A DNA stretch of 63,597 nt, counting the filler, from Intoshia linei (taxonomy: Eukaryota > Animalia > Orthonectida), in assembly GCA_001642005.1 (NCBI GenBank). It is 4 parts of 4 records of this genome, joined end to end, with 100 filler letters (N's around TTAATTAATTAA, not from the genome) between each part and the next. Parts side by side here need not be neighbours in the genome. Positions count along the whole stretch, not along the records: positions 1 to 28,671 come from LWCA01000409.1; positions 28,772 to 40,151 come from LWCA01001174.1; 2 more parts are not named here. One strand, given 5' to 3'. Numbering within the stretch: the first letter of the stretch is position 1; every line of letters begins with the position of its first letter. The position numbers were made by a program, and so were the translations under genes. The notes below the pieces were generated by a model. It was not told where the DNA came from. It saw nothing but the letters and a program-made list of their open reading frames with translations, and searched no databases. Shown here piece by piece: positions 15,524-29,344 of the stretch.

Positions 15524-16317
15524 TAGTAAATTTTAAATAATGCACCTAAACACAACTCATTAAAATATACAAAAATTTTTAAATTTTCTCTACAAACAAA
15601 GCGGGAATTTAAGTTATTGTAAAACAAAATTAAGAAAAATACGAAAATAAACTTAAATTTAGTTATTTTTTGGAAATGATTTAAAAGACAAGCGCTATTT
15701 CGTTAACAATATTTTTGAAAAACAGTTTTTGACAACGTGATTTATATTCAAAATTACACATAATCTACCTAGTACGTTTAAAAATTGCAAAATTTAAAAT
15801 AAATGTGGCCACCCTATTGCACATGACGTATATCAATTTTGATAAAATTGTTTAAAATATTGTTTGATAGATAGTATAAGATTTGAGTGATATCGTAAAA
15901 AGTATAAAATATTGCTGTTTATTTATAATTATTATTATGCATATGTATAAGGGTTAATAAAGTGGTTTTTAAAAATGTCAGTAAAATATCAATTTTTGTT
16001 GAATCTCAAGGTGTCATCTTTTATTTTTCACAAAAGTGCTGAAAATAATTAATTTGTGTAACGGAAGAGCTAAATTAAAAAAAGGTTAAGAAACCTCATA
16101 TAAAACAACAGACTCAAATATGAATTATACCACGTGACAATATTTTGATTAAATATAGCAGTTGAGTAAATAAAACTTTTGCAAATATTAGCATTTATAT
16201 TTAAATAAATTAAAAATTAAAGATATCAAGAATATCAAAACAAGAATCCGAGATATAAATTAAATAAAAAAAGCTTGTAAGACGCATAGTAGGAGAAATT
16301 TACATTTAAAAATAATC

Positions 16318-18492
16318 ATGCGTATACTAGTGATAGCTATCGTATATTTAGTGTACGGTGAATTGAAAGGATTAAATGATTCACATATAACATTAGAATT
16401 AATAGAAAAGCAGGATTTTATGCATTATAGGTGGTCCCACGCTAAAACTTGGCATATATATTTGGAAAAAAGACGATATCGTAAAACCTTAAATGTATAT
16501 ACCTTTGATGTGAATCTTTTGAATTACATTCATATAATTAAACTTGAAAATGTTGAAAAAATATACACACATGTTTACTCTAAAGATGGTATAATTTATA
16601 TTTCGTATAGTTTTTTGGGTACAAAAAATGGACTAGAAAAATACTACAATTTAATACCAACTAATACATTCAAGTATACACTTGTTTCAACAATTGAAAG
16701 CAAAGAAAAAATAGAAATATTAAAAAGATCGACATGTCATAGTTATGAAATAGAGATAAAAGTTTGTTATAATCCATCAATGCTATACCTTTTATACAAG
16801 ATTGATTTTAAAGAAAATTTCAAATTAATTAAATTGACCAAATACATTCAGAATCAATTCATCATAAAAATTATATACTCAAAAATTTATCAACATTCCA
16901 CAAATCCAGATTTTAACAAACACACAATATACATTACTACAAGTACAGATATTCTGTATCGATTTAACATGAAAAATGGACAAATGAAACAATTATTCAG
17001 TGGAGTCAAAACATTCTTTCAGGTAAATAAATTTTTGTTTATCGTTGTGAATAATGGTTTAAAATTGTTCTCCAATAACGGCGGCGATAATTTTAATCAA
17101 ATCTATTTCATGGATAGCCATTTTGACAATGTTTACTATAATCAAAAAAGTTTAAAAATTTCAAAATTTCTCACAATAGGTGAAAGGGTATTATTTTTTC
17201 TTAAAAACCAAGAAAATACTGAATTAAAGGCTGATATATTTATCAGTGATATCTATGCAAATAAATATCGTCCTATAACCAATATTACTACAACTGATGT
17301 TCAATATGTTCATTCATACACTGTCTCCAGTATGGTCTACATAGTACACTTTCTAATGACATCAAGCAATACATTTCTTTCATTTGACAACGGAGACAGT
17401 TGGAATTTAATCAGTATTTCAAGTGATATACATGATTATAGGTGTTTCATTGATGATTATTATGCACAGATAGGAACAATTATTATGACATGTAAAAAAG
17501 TTCACAAATTAAAGTTGTTTCTTAGTTTCGATGGTGGACACATGTGGAATACATTCTACAAAATTTACAATATTCATTGTAACGAAATAAATACAAATCA
17601 TAACCTAAAACTATACTTTTTTATTGGATACGGGATTAACAATATTTATCTATCTCTGACAGGTGGTCAATCCTGGAAAATTATAAAATTTCAATATTTA
17701 ACCAAATTTTCATTTCTACACTATTACCAATCTAAACAAGAAGAAATTTATTTTATAGCCATCAATACCCGCCCAAAATATGCATTAAAACTAAAATTTA
17801 GAGAGGCATTAATAGAATGCGATAAAAGTAATGTTACAAATTATGTACGAAGCAATGACGAGAGAATGATTTACAAACGCACCAATAGTGACCATTGTTA
17901 TTCCAAAAATCTTGCACCATTAAGAAACATTACCATCCAATGTCACCATTTGGACGTATTTTGTGATTTTAATTATGATAGAATTGACACACAATGTGTT
18001 CCTTCCAGATATGAATTAATTTCCAAGGCCATTTTCTCTTGTATCAACAATTTAATTTACCAATTTACTTCATACGGTTACAAAAATCCTTATAATGATA
18101 AATTTTATGAAAAATATTGCAAGTCAGACAAATTTAAATTAAAAAAAAATACTAAAATTACCAAAAATAAGAAATGCGATTATGATTCTGATTCATCTCA
18201 TTCAATTTATCAAAGTATTATTAATTATGGGAAAAATAACAATTATCATAGAATTCGGAATACTATCATTTTGTCCGTATTCTTTTTCATGCTTGCTATC
18301 ATTGCACTATTTTTTCTATCACTAACTATTAAGAAATTCTGTTTTCAAGGATTTATTAAAAATATTGTATTTTCAAATACTCAAAACAGATTCATCAAAA
18401 GATCTTTAATCCAAAATGAAATCCAAAATCAAGATAATGGTAATGTACAATATCATCCACTTAAAAGCCAATCTGATAATGTTGATGAATAG
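16318..18492 (+). CDS. VPS10-domain (sortilin/SorCS-like) type I membrane sorting receptor, highly divergent, single exon
   Basis: 724-aa ORF with a hydrophobic N-terminal signal peptide (MRILVIAIVYLVYG), four Asp-box/BNR motifs (SNNGGDNF, SFDNGDSW, SFDGGHMW, SLTGGQSW), a Cys-rich 10CC-like module (CDFNYDRIDTQC), one TM helix (IILSVFFFMLAIIALFFLSL) and a cytosolic tail with a YxxPhi motif (YHPL) and acidic end (DNVDE). Confidence 0.75.
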   Translation: MRILVIAIVYLVYGELKGLNDSHITLELIEKQDFMHYRWSHAKTWHIYLEKRRYRKTLNVYTFDVNLLNYIHIIKLENVEKIYTHVYSKDGIIYISYSFLGTKNGLEKYYNLIPTNTFKYTLVSTIESKEKIEILKRSTCHSYEIEIKVCYNPSMLYLLYKIDFKENFKLIKLTKYIQNQFIIKIIYSKIYQHSTNPDFNKHTIYITTSTDILYRFNMKNGQMKQLFSGVKTFFQVNKFLFIVVNNGLKLFSNNGGDNFNQIYFMDSHFDNVYYNQKSLKISKFLTIGERVLFFLKNQENTELKADIFISDIYANKYRPITNITTTDVQYVHSYTVSSMVYIVHFLMTSSNTFLSFDNGDSWNLISISSDIHDYRCFIDDYYAQIGTIIMTCKKVHKLKLFLSFDGGHMWNTFYKIYNIHCNEINTNHNLKLYFFIGYGINNIYLSLTGGQSWKIIKFQYLTKFSFLHYYQSKQEEIYFIAINTRPKYALKLKFREALIECDKSNVTNYVRSNDERMIYKRTNSDHCYSKNLAPLRNITIQCHHLDVFCDFNYDRIDTQCVPSRYELISKAIFSCINNLIYQFTSYGYKNPYNDKFYEKYCKSDKFKLKKNTKITKNKKCDYDSDSSHSIYQSIINYGKNNNYHRIRNTIILSVFFFMLAIIALFFLSLTIKKFCFQGFIKNIVFSNTQNRFIKRSLIQNEIQNQDNGNVQYHPLKSQSDNVDE

Positions 18493-19919
18493 TTTTGTTT
18501 AATGTCTCTTAATAAAATTTTAGATTTATTATTTTATTTTTTACTATTTTTGATATTTTCAAAACAAACTAAAATTAATAAGCATGACGAATCTAATGTA
18601 TCCGAGATTCCTTTTCCAAAGAGTCTCAGCGCAGTTTTTGGAATTTTTTTTATAACTTCGTTATTGTCAATTAAACATTTAAAAAATTATTTTATTGAAT
18701 ATTATAACCAAAGATTGGAAATAATTGATTGCAATCAATTATTTTGTATAAACCAATTAATTGTTTGCTAAATATTAATTTTTTTATTAATTGGTTTTTT
18801 TCATATAACTGAAAAAATATAAATTGACTCCTTTTATTGACGAATGGTTAAATGAAAAAATTGACTAAATTTTTTTTATGTAGTTTAAAAATTAAATTAA
18901 TAATTATACACTATAATTTATAATAATACAATATTAAGGTGTCAAGTTGACACTCTCAACACTCATTGTAGCGTATCACAGTCCCACCATGCTTTATTTA
19001 TTTCCAAATTCGAAGAAAGAAATAAAANTGATAGTAATCTAAGATTTTATTTTTTTTGAATTCAGTGATATGGTCATTAAGGATTTGGATAAAATTTGTG
19101 GTATAACTATAATTCTATTGTTTTACATTTTTATCTTTGCTTTCACATATTGTAACTTTAATTTTCAGAATTACACTCATTGTCAGAATATCTATAAATA
19201 CATAATTTACAGAATATATATAAAATTGATATATTATACTAATATTAATTCGGTGTTTTAATTGACCCAATTTCATTATTAAAACATCCCAGGCCCAGTC
19301 AAAAAAAATAACCTATAGTTCAAATTGATTAGGATTAAATGAGTGAAATCTGATAAGATAATGTGTTCTATCGAAAAAAATATTATTATTAATTTGGTGA
19401 CCATTTTTTACTAAAAATTATCATTATCTAATAAATTACAAATCGAAAGCTTTTATTGGCGAAACTTGCGCTAGTTTTTATATTTATTTTAAATAATTAA
19501 TGAGATAATTGATTATGATGATTCTTGTATATTTTTTAATATTAGCCTAATATTATTAGGAATGACACATGAGAATTTTTCATATCAAATTGAATCTCTT
19601 GAATGTGAATTTTTTATCATAATTATCATATACACTTTTAAAATGAAAAAATTGCATCGAGGTGTAAAATAATTTTTTCTAATTAACAAAAAAAGATGAA
19701 AGCCTAATACATGTATAATATAATTTATATATAAACAAATACATGTTTAGAAATTTTATATTCTAATTACATTTAATTTAGCGTGTAATTATAATTATTA
19801 ATTTATTTATCAATAAAATAATAATAATAAACATAATTATAAAAGACGATGACATGTTTAACCGTGACAAGGGTGATTTTAGCATTAAAATTAATAATAG
19901 ATAAATAAAAATAAATGTT

Positions 19920-20414
19920 TTACATATTGTTAATAAAATATTTCGGATAAAAAATATATGAATAATAAAATGTTTTTTTGACCGTGAAGAGTTCACTTAA
20001 TCAAATTGAAATTTTTTATGTGTGTTAAGAGGATACACCTATACCACCTGTAAATTTTTTTAAATTCTAGGGCTGTTTTCATTTAAAAAAAAAGAGTAAT
20101 TTGGGGTTTTGGCCCTGAAAATATTATTTTTATATAATTTAAATTTATGACAATATTTATTATTTTAAAGTCCGCATCAGAGTATACATATTTTTAAATT
20201 CTCAAACTCGTTTGATTTTCAAAAAAAAGGACAATTGGGCTTTGTGACCCGTAAAATGTAAGTTTTGGAAATTTAAATTTATTTTGCTAACACCCGGAAA
20301 AAAAATTATAATTGAAATGTGGACTTTATAAAATTCTAAGACTGATAGTTATTGAAATAAACGGTAACACACACATAAAAACAAATATTGCATAGCATAT
20401 TAAATAAGTAAGGA
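19920..20414 (-). mobile_element. Helitron 5' part
   Basis: Shares accacctgtaaattttttaaattctagggct, aagtccgcatcag and the terminal aagtaagga with the family. Confidence 0.7.
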
Positions 20415-23028
20415 TATATATTAAGGGTGGGAACAAATTTTTAAATCAAGAGATCACCATTCCACCATATAAACATTTCGAAAATATTTAATTTGCACTT
20501 AATCTTACCTTTCAATTGTTAAAAAAACCCTTGGGCATCGCCTCTAAAGAACAATATATCGCTTACAGTAACTAATATATGACAATTTTTTATACAAATA
20601 GTTATAAAGATGCACAAAATTATTGTCTAGCGAATCATAAACGCCGAATTGATAAAAAAACCGAGTCAGATGAGAAAACTGAATAAATATAAAAAAATAT
20701 AAATTTAAAATTAATTGTTATAAAAACAATTATTATTATGAAATTTACTATACAAAATAAATTAAATTTTGCTCATTATTTATATTTTATAGTGATTTGC
20801 CCCAGGGGTTTTTTTTAATACTTTTTATATAATTTTTTGATAATTTTAATCATTCAACCCCATCTTCCATGTATGGGGTACTTTTGTATTTTTGCAAAAA
20901 AGTGAAAAAATTCACACCGTTAATATATATTTTATAATGTATATAATTGCGTCATACACTTTGAGAATAAATCTAATTTTTTTAAAATAGATAGTAAATA
21001 ATTATAAAAATACAATTTGTAAAGATTTATTTACATGTTAATTATAAATTAATTATCTAAAATTAAATAAATATAATTTTAAGTGGTAGCATAAGGCAGT
21101 GCTGTTTAAATATCACCTTAACCATTTGAGCCCTATTCAACATATTAATTTTATTTGCAAATGTTCTTTCGTATCGATTTTTTCCAAATTATAACTTTAA
21201 TACTTTTAAAAAATGAGACTGTGTGATAAATAGTTTAGAATATAATATAATAAATGAATACTATTATAGTAGAACTGTTATATTATTAATGTTCACGGTT
21301 TTTTATATTTATATTCCAACATAAAAATTTTACATTGGTATCAAACTTAAAAGTTGAAAAAAAGGAAATCAACTAACTTGGCGATTTTTATAAATTTTAT
21401 TTATCGCAGACTCTGTAACTCAGAATCATGAAGAGGGCTTCTGTTATATTTACCTAGTCTACTATGAAAATGGTCAATTATTATTTATTTTTAATTAAAT
21501 GTATTATAAAATTCATATATATTTATTTACAATCGAGATAATTAATAATACTTGTATATTATATTGTATCATTTTTTAGTTGGTAATTTTATGTAAATAA
21601 CAGCATAGAAAATATAATATAATATTATATATTTATAATATATAATAATTATTTAAATCAATTGAGACTAATATTTTTAATACTAAAATACTTTACAAAA
21701 TATATAATTTGTATAAATTATATAATATATACATGATATATAAAATATGTATAATATATACATTGTATATATTTTGATAAGCCATTTTTGTAAAAATAAA
21801 TGTCATTATTGACGCATGTGTGTATACTTTATAAATACATTATCAATAGCTGGTAAATATTACTGTTCATGTCGTTGGCATCTATACAAAATTTACTGGA
21901 TCATACATATATAATATATTTATTATATACTTAATTTTGTTTACTCTTATATTCAATGAATACTATTGATAAATCAATGTAATCAAATCAAATCAAATCG
22001 TCACTTTCTTTTTTATATAAACTATCTAAGTAAGTTTCATTTAGAATCAAATTTAAGGTGAGACATGAAAAAATATTATAATTTCGTCTGAGATAAAATT
22101 TTTTAAATATTCTAAAATACGTTCTTAAATTGCTTCACTATGGTGCACATAAAACTGCCCTAAAACTTTATTTTATTATTTACGTCGGTTTAACTTTGAC
22201 AACATTATATAGAGGTGTTTGATTAAATCGATAGATAATCCCATATTTAGTTGCGACCCTTAAAACTTGACAAAAATCGACATCATTAATTTACTTATAA
22301 AATTAAACCTATTAACAATTATAATTCATTTTTTGATATTATATGTCATTTTCAAATAGGACGTAATAATATTTGTTTTATTTTGATATTTTATGACATT
22401 TGAATTCATTTTTATTAAAAGTAACTTAATAATGATTATTTAATATAATTAGAAGGTAAAATATCAAAATATTAATTTAGTATAAGATATATTAATAAAA
22501 TTAATTTTTATATAAATTATAATACAGAATGTAATATAATTTACAATGTTAATAAAAATATGGAAAATAATAATATTATTAATAATTTCTAAAAGTACTA
22601 ATTAAGATATTAATAGTATATTAATTATCCTACATCAACTATTATATTTAACCGACTAGATAACATTGGTCATCAGCCCTATTTTTCCATAATAAATATT
22701 TTAAATGTTCATTTGTGATATTTTTATTCACCCATCAGTCAGATTTAAAAAATACTTTAATCGTATTAGTGTAATCAATAAATAAATCTTTATATATAAC
22801 AAAATGAATATAATAATAATCACATCCAATTTTTGTAATTTTTGCTACGTTATTTTTTTATTATATTTTGAATCGTTTAGTATGTAAATTTGTACTAATC
22901 AATTCAAAAAACAACTATGGAAAATATTTACATTTATATTTTAGTTGGTAAAATTAATGTTATAATGAATTTGATGTATTCATTTTACTAATATAAAGAT
23001 GGTATTAAAACTATTTATTGATTATATA

Positions 23029-24327
23029 TCCTAACTTATATAAAATGCAACGCGATTTTTGTTTGTCTGTCTGTCTGTGTTACTTTTTGAAATAACCAGC
23101 ACTCTTAAAATTTTTTAAATATTACATTTCAATTACAGTTTTTTTCGGGGCGTATAATAAGATAAATTTCAACCTCCCAATTTTACATCTTAAGGGTGAA
23201 ACATCCCTATTGTCCCTCTTTTTGAAAATTAAACGAGTTGGAAAATTTAAAAAAATATATACGCTGATGCGGATTTTAAAATCATAAACATTATCATAAT
23301 TTTAAATGCTGATGCGGATTTTAAAATCATAAACATTATCATAAATTTAAATTTAAAAAAATACACTGATGCGGATTTTAAAATCATAAACATTATCATA
23401 AATTTAAATTTAAAAAAATTATTTTTTCATGGCCAAAACCACAAATTCCCTTCCTTTTTTTTGAAAGCAGCCCTAGAATTTTAAAAAATTTACAGGTGGT
23501 AGAATTGTATCATGTTAACACACATAAAAAATTTCAATCCGAATAAGTGACGACTTCACGGTAAAAAAAGCATTTAATGCATATATTTTTTTTGCAAAAT
23601 ATTTTATTACAACAAAAAATATGAAATAATTAACTGTCTAAAAATTTAAAAAAAGGATTATTCTGATAGAGCTTATTCCAGTTAATATAATTACACAATT
23701 ACAACCCCAGAAATCTACGCATTCCCGATGAAAAATAATTTTTAATATATTATCAACCAATATTTTTCAAATATTTCGAATTAAAATCAAAAATTGAAAA
23801 GCAAATTGATCCTACAACATTGAAAATGACAAATAGGTTTTTATAATTTTATTTTTTCTGGAATTTATACTATTTATGACAATTTTTTAATGAGTGTTTT
23901 TACTTTATTGTTAAGATTATACAACTCATTCTGTCTAATAAATTATTTCTTTAATTTTATTTTTTCTGGAATTTATGCTATTTATGACAATTTTTAGGAT
24001 TGGACGTTTTTACTTTACTTTTAATATTATACATACATTCTGTCTAATAAATTAAAAAAATGGGATAATAATTGTTTTTAAATTTCTTTACACAAATGTT
24101 AACAAAAAAAATTAAGATGGGTAATTCACTTTAAAGTAAAAATTAATGTGATATGATGGTTCCACCTGAAACAAATTTAAGAACCACTTCTTTTAAAGGA
24201 TTGCTAATAGTGAATAGTAGGATTTTTAAGTTAGATTTTCAACGTGAATTTATTTTTTTGATATAATAAAAATTGCCTTCAGCAGAGCTAGGTGCTGTTT
24301 GTATGTAGTACAAAACAGCCAAGCTAG
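23029..24327 (+). mobile_element. Non-autonomous Helitron, complete
   Basis: 5' A|TC start (tcctaacttatataaaa) followed by (CTGT)n, a 3' hairpin GCTGTTTGTA..TACAAAACAGC (24294-24319), and a CTAG|T end. No TSD. Confidence 0.82.
23263..23415 (+). repeat. Tandem triplication (~45-57 nt unit) inside the Helitron
   Basis: ctgatgcggattttaaaatcataaacattatcata occurs three times in tandem. Confidence 0.85.
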
Positions 24328-24661
24328 TATTATATATTGTACTTATTTACTAATTGACTGCATTTCATAGCATAATAAATAAATTATTCATTTTTTCTAG
24401 CATGTAAATTATAATTTAATTAGCTACATTTTATATTGTAAAAATAAGGGTCACATCTACACAGTTGATAAAATAGTAACTATTTTTTGATTTTAATAGT
24501 CTGTAATTAATAAATATATTAAATTTGTAATATCCTCATAATATTATTTATCAAATGCACCAAAGTCACTAAGATTAAATTAAGATTAGATTATTATGAA
24601 GTATCCTAAATTCGTAATTATAATAACAACGGTTCTGCCTAATCTCAAACAATGTCTAATT

Positions 24662-25061
24662 CAGAGGTGGGGAAGCATTTACTGTTCGAAGAACGTACTA
24701 ACGTCCCCAAAAAAATTAAGTGATTTTCATGGAAGCGACTGGTCATCCCAAAGGGTGAATAATTTTATTAGGGGGTGCATATGCAAATTTTGGATGATTG
24801 GGGTGAAAAAATTTTTATAATATTTTATTAAATTGAGTAAAATCTTAAGAGAAAAAACCAAAATTTTACCAACCTTTAAAGAAAAAATCCCTCTATCTAA
24901 TTCTAAAAGAAAAAACTTAATTTAAAAACCTTTAAAAAACCACTTTTACCAATATTTTTCTGAAAAATCCAATTTACCAAAAATTAATATAATAAAAATA
25001 TAATAATTTTAAATGAAAAATAATTCAAATTGTTCAGAAGCCCGCACTTTCCGCACCTCTG
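24662..25061. mobile_element. hAT MITE
   Basis: TIRs CAGAGGTGGGGAAG / CTTTCCGCACCTCTG and a perfect 8-bp TSD GTCTAATT. Confidence 0.82.
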
Positions 25062-28000
25062 GTCTAATTATTATTAGAAGTTGCTTTTATTACTATTAGA
25101 AGTTAAATCTGACCATGTAGGCCGAAAGCTGTGGTTTTATTAATATCGTTTGTTCAAATTTAGCATTTATTTGAATTGGGTCTCAACATTATATTAGAAT
25201 TTATATTATTATATTAATTATATTTCAGTTCGTAATTTAAAAATTTAAATTATTATAAAAGTATTATACTATTAAAAAGAAAAATTTAATCAATTATGAT
25301 GACACCATATATAATGATTCATCACATATATGGAGATGATGAATTGAGATAATATCTAAAAATCCGTTAAGTGCAACCTAAAATTAAAATTTTATGAAAT
25401 TTTAATATTTTAAATTTTATTTTTAGCCTAAATTTAAGATAATTATTATACTGAGAATTGTAAATATACAAAATTGTGCCTAAAAACTACGTTATAGTTA
25501 ATTTATACTAAAAGAATTTACTAACAGTTCGTGACAGCTATTGTGCTAGGTGAAAAATGTAAGCTTTCCCAATTGAATTCAAACTTTCTACCCCTTTACA
25601 TCTCTTGATATGGTGTATATATCAACAGCACAAGTTGTTCTAGGCTATCAAATTGCTTACTTCGTGGTAGGGTAAAATCTTTTATTATATTGAATGGAAC
25701 ATAAATTTAGTGTTATTAAATGCAGAAATAATATCATCAATTCTTTTTATTTATTAATTTAACCTTTTTAAACTAATCAATTGAATTTTGAATTAAAATT
25801 AAATTAAAAATAGTTAATCATACAAAAAATGCGTATTAAGATAAAATCAAATAGTACGATAGAGATATTCAAGTGCGTACTTATATTTTCATAATATTTT
25901 ACAATAATCGAGTTTATATTAAATAATCGTTTTTTTTTTACATGAAATTTATATTGAGTATTAAATATTTTATTTTTTCTAGCATACTGGCTGTCGCTGA
26001 CTTTAAATACAATACAAATTATTTAAAAACAACCATTGTGGTATAGTCAATAATATTTTACTAATTAGCATGTAATATTAAGCTATTATATTTAATTTCT
26101 TACTTTTTAAATTAATATTATATTTTATAATAGCTAAAGGTTAATTTTTAAAAACATTCAAATTTTCATTTTAAATGTAAATTTGTGAATTTAAACTCAT
26201 CGTATCATAAGTTTACACATTTCAAATAACTGTTACTTTAATGACGAAAATAATAATCGTATACCAATGACGGAACATCCCCAAAAGCGGTACGATAATT
26301 TAAAGTTCAGTTCAAATAGATTTAATTTATATTATCGACCAAGCATGGTTACAACCTTTCGAGCTGCCATATTCAAATGAAAAATTATTCGTATCACTAC
26401 GAATGCATATGTAGTGCAGTCAGAACTAGATGATGACATTGTAACGAGAGTTCTTTTTAATTAAATTAAAAAAATTAATTGAATTGTGTTTTTTAGTATA
26501 AATTATTTACGTTTACAATCGATTTATTCATTGTTTGTTTATCAGAAAATCTTTTTTTATTTCTTTACAGCTGATTATATTATAAATTGAATAATGATGC
26601 CTATAAACTCAAGTTAAAACTGAAATATTGAGATTAATTTTTTACCTACAAACCATATTACAAAAAAATTAAAATATTCTCTGGTGTGAACACCATAGAA
26701 TATTTTTTTATCCTATTTAATTATAAATTCTAATTAAAAATACACAATTTATTATTTTTTGTAGTGAATAAATTATGATAATTTATTTATAATAAAATAT
26801 AAAGTTGTATATAAGCAGTCAACAATTACCTATATTATTATATTATTATTAATATTAAGTTATAGTAATTTGATTGAACATATATTTAATTGACATATCA
26901 ATATTGAATAAAGTCGACTAATATTGAAATGTATTTAGCAATATTGAATTATCATCATCGATATCGAATTAAATTTTAATCAAAATTAGATATAGAATAG
27001 ACAGGGGTGGCACCAGCAATAATGTGCTGGCTGTAGACAGCACATCGCAAATATTAAAAATACTATTATGAATTGAAAAATTAGTAATTTTATTAACATT
27101 CAGACATTTATTATTTGTAAAATTAATCAGAAAAATAATAGGTTTTAGTGTATATNTAAACAATTATATATATCATTATATTATTAATAATATTAAGTTA
27201 TAGTAATTTGATTAATTACGGAAAATTTTGCTATATAATACATCATATTTTATATATCATAGTACACATTGTACACTTTATAAATGCAATCTAGTTTATA
27301 TAATTTCAAACCTATACTTATGTTTATGAGTTTAAATTTTGTATAAGTAATATTATATCCAAGGGTGCTTTCTCAATTTAGATTATTTACTTGTTTTTGG
27401 ACCCCACTAATATTAGTACGGTAGAAATAAGTGTACATGATAGAACCCAGCTAGCACAAATTAAACATTTTAAATTAAAACTTAATGAATAATATCATAG
27501 AATGTAATATATTTATAACTTAACTATATATATTATACATATACATTTATATGTATATTTGTATGTATATTACGGTTAGTTATTAATTTTTTAACCTTTT
27601 AAACGAATTTTATAAATTAAAAAAAGACAGGACATGTATCGTAGTTTTAAAATATTACTTAAATGTAAAAAATGTTTTAAATGCATTATTTTTTTTACTA
27701 TATTTAGAGTATGCTTAATAATTATTTTAATTTTTAAAAAATGTGCCCAAATGAGACACCCTAATATTTATAATTATGATGTACAATGTACAGTCTACAT
27801 TGTACATATTATAATTTAAATTCAATCAATAAATTGTATATTTGGATTTATAGATGATAATTATACATAATTTTCAATATAAAACGCTTATATTCGATTT
27901 TAATTTATCATTATTGTATAAACGGAATTCGTGTCCACAAAGAAACGTCGTTTACAAAGAAAAAGTATTAAGATATGTCAAAATGACAAATATGTAAAAA

Positions 28001-28671
28001 ATATTTTGAATGATACGTTTTTAGTTTTTAGTCAGATTTTGAATTTTTAACTTAAGTAATTTTAACGCACGTAGTCGTATTATTATCAGAGTTACATTGC
28101 ATTTGCTAAGTGTAAACAATGTTATAATATTATATGACAAGTCTGTTATGTTGTTAGGTGTCATTGTAAAGTGTGCTTTCAAGATAAATTTAATATATAA
28201 TAAAAATCATGTTTTATATTTTTGTATTACTATTTATTAACATACTTTGTATAATATACAATGTACATTAATATTGGCATTAGTGCCGGTAATCGATGAA
28301 ACTTTTGATAAGTTTATAGATTAAATTTTTTAAACAAACATTTTCTATCCATTAATTTAAGAAAAATTATTTTAAAACAAAGCATAAATGAATTATAATG
28401 CACGTTAATGTAAGTACAGATATTTTCATTTTTTACTATGAAAATATTTCGATAAATTATCAGCACAAACTAGAATACATTTATTATTATTATACAATGT
28501 ATAATATACATGTATAATATTGTTGATGATTATAATAATATATTTTAAATGTATAGATGGTGATAATATTTATTATATAAAATATTTTAATATGTATACA
28601 CATAAGCATTATCATTGCCGAAATGGTAACATCTCTCATCCAGAGTTAAAGGTACATCGAGGTCTTCGATG

Positions 28672-28771
28672 NNNNNNNNNNNNNNNNNNNNNNNNNNNNN
28701 NNNNNNNNNNNNNNNTTAATTAATTAANNNNNNNNNNNNNNNNNNNNNNNNNNNNNNNNNNNNNNNNNNNN
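28672..28771. other. Artificial scaffold linker (also 40152-40251 and 59944-60043)
   Basis: N44 + TTAATTAATTAA (stops in all six frames) + N44, identical three times. Confidence 0.95.
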
Positions 28772-28899
28772 TATAAAGATAAATTGACGAACTCTTCAAA
28801 ATACTCATATGGCCGAGTCCAACAAAGTAAAATTTTTTTATAAATATTAATATTAATATAAAAGATTTTATAATTTTTTTAATGAGGTTATTCCAGTTG

Positions 28900-29054
28900 A
28901 TATAAATACAAAATTTAAACTCCAAAAATCTACGAATTTCCGGTGAAATAATAATTTTTAATATATTAACAACCAATATTTTTTTGTTATAATAAAAATA
29001 TGCCCTCGGCAGAGTTAAGTGCTGTTTATACGTAGTACATAACAGTCAACCTAG
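28900..29054 (+). mobile_element. Helitron 3' end
   Basis: gccctcggcagagttaagtgctgtttatacgtagtacataacagtcaacCTAG|t matches the 3' terminus of 23029-24327. Confidence 0.7.
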
Positions 29055-29344
29055 TAGTCTAATATTATATCACCCACATGTCATCAGATTCAATTTATAT
29101 TCTTTTTTACGTACTGGCAATGCAATGTACAATGTAGTGTGTTATGTTTCTATTTTATGTTATTGCAATTATATATCAATACAAGATTGATGCATGCCAA
29201 ATTTTATTAATTAAGTTTAATCAATTACATCATATTAACATTAAATTAATGTTTAATTAATAAAGTTTTTTTGTACATATTGTTCGTTTCAAGAAGAAAG
29301 AAGAAATTGAACCTAGAAAAATTTTTTCATCAGTTTATTAATGA

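Noticed and set aside
18502-18771. 89-aa ORF immediately after the VPS10 gene
   Set aside because: Low-complexity F/I/L/K composition with no recognisable motif; probably 3'UTR, though not excluded.
23263-23415. Repeat with short variable spacers, superficially CRISPR-like
   Set aside because: Only three units, the spacers are related to each other, the context is eukaryotic and inside a Helitron, and there are no cas genes.
26820-27215. Short direct repeat (aacaatta...taagttatagtaatttgatt)
   Set aside because: The second copy starts right after an N (27156); probable assembly artefact.
28672-28771. Palindromic TTAATTAATTAA within N runs, repeated three times
   Set aside because: Artificial six-frame-stop linker from the assembly, not biology. 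ORFs crossing it are spurious.
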